A stretch of 63,859 nucleotides of DNA, filler included, from Reticulomyxa filosa (taxonomy: Eukaryota; Protista; Foraminifera): NCBI GenBank assembly GCA_000512085.1. It is 18 parts of 18 records of this genome, joined end to end, with 100 filler letters (N's around TTAATTAATTAA, not from the genome) between each part and the next. Parts side by side here need not be neighbours in the genome. Positions count along the whole stretch, not along the records: positions 62,352 to 63,859 come from ASPP01045100.1; 17 more parts are not named here. One strand, given 5' to 3'. Made by a program: the position numbers and the translations under genes. Under the pieces are notes generated by a model. It was not told where the DNA came from. It did no database searches and saw nothing but the letters and a program-made list of their open reading frames with translations. Positions 62,936-63,859 of the stretch are shown here, in pieces (within the stretch, counting starts at the first letter, position 1; each line of letters starts with the position of its first letter).

Positions 62936-63859
62936 TTATCTACTGTATTTAAAAATAATTTTATCAAAATCTTCGATCCATCCTAATTTTATATTTAAAA
63001 TTCGGGCCCAATGTTGAATAGAAAATCTTATTTCTTTTTTTGACTATTCATTACATGCAATATAATTTATTTGTGTTTGAACAAAATAAAAAAACAATAA
63101 ATAAACAAATCATTACCAACTGTAAAGGGTCCCATACACGTACTTTAGTTTTCGTGTGTGTTGATACTGTTTCATTTTCATCATTTCCTCCAATAATGTA
63201 TATATGATTGTCTTCCTCACTCAATATTGCAACACAATTATATAATGGATTGGGTAAATTGTTTTGAAATGACATCCATTTGTTTTCTCGAATTGAATAC
63301 TTGTGCACTGATTTTGAGACAACATAATCAAATTCATCATTCCTTCCGCCAAAGAATAAGATGATATCATTGATACATACATATGCATAACAAAAGAATG
63401 GTGCAATATCATCACAAACAGGTAGTTGATGAAATTGAAAAGTGTTGTTATCTTCATCATATTCAATTGATAATCCTGTATTTTCACAAAACAACAGCAT
63501 TTGATAATTTTGTTGATTTGTTTTCATCATTTCTTGTCCTTGTCCATTTTCTGAATTTGATACAAAGCAATGATACAATATCCATTCGTCAGTTGGTAAA
63601 GTATCATGTTTAATAAATTGAAATGTATTTAAATCAAACACACTAATATTTTTTGAAGGATAAGTGATAAATAACAAATTATTGCTGACTCCACCAATCA
63701 CTGCACGCACTCCTCGATAATCATCATCTCTTCCAATGATAATGGAATGATTGTGATTGTCTGTGAAAGGAACCCATTGATTGTAATTATTTGATTTGTT
63801 TAATTGATTTGATTGATTTAATTTTTTTGACTTATTCATTTCATTTTGATTTTCATCAT
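62936..63859 (-). CDS. Kelch-like beta-propeller protein (lineage-expanded family), 5'-partial, with C-terminal QHWAR...GWIEDFDK module
   Basis: VIGG, LFFGG...VHKYSIRENKW, LPNPLYNCVA, YIIGG. Intron ~63044-63116, then SKKEIRFSIQHWARILNIKLGWIEDFDKIIFKYSR*. Confidence 0.85.

Overview
This is not one locus. It is about 18 short contigs joined by 17 identical artificial 100-nt spacers (N44-TTAATTAATTAA-N44, stops in all six frames), so gene order across spacers is meaningless. Seventeen contigs are from an AT-rich, intron-containing eukaryote. Homopolymer-rich introns, expanded WD40/kelch families and many pseudogenes strongly suggest the foraminiferan Reticulomyxa filosa (inference from family recognition, not a database hit). 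One contig (55040-56136) is bacterial (hrpB 3' end plus an unknown ORF). Recognisable genes: USP5/13, a gluconolactonase-like propeller, NOSIP, an atypical Ras-like GTPase, zinc finger-WD40, BTB, a possible NDUFA13, TPR, a VPS13-like fragment, an SLC45/SUC transporter, CCDC25, PH, RRM, HSP60, EF-hand+SAM, GRWD1, an RNGTT/DUSP11-like triphosphatase, a UFD1 + multi-zinc-finger protein, a tandem CAP-Gly protein, a USP36/42-like DUB, a GH18-like protein and kelch-like genes/pseudogenes. Several single-base frameshifts at homopolymers look like sequencing errors. Most interesting leads: (1) an unannotated ~310-nt multi-hairpin RNA-like element on the minus strand at 43162-43471; (2) a ~30-aa module shared between the N-terminus of a WD40 protein and the C-terminus of a kelch-like protein; (3) a UFD1 protein with six NZF/RanBP2 fingers and an unassigned five-fold repeat; (4) introns with GTT donors and A-rich acceptors. 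Exon boundaries were inferred by eye and are approximate.
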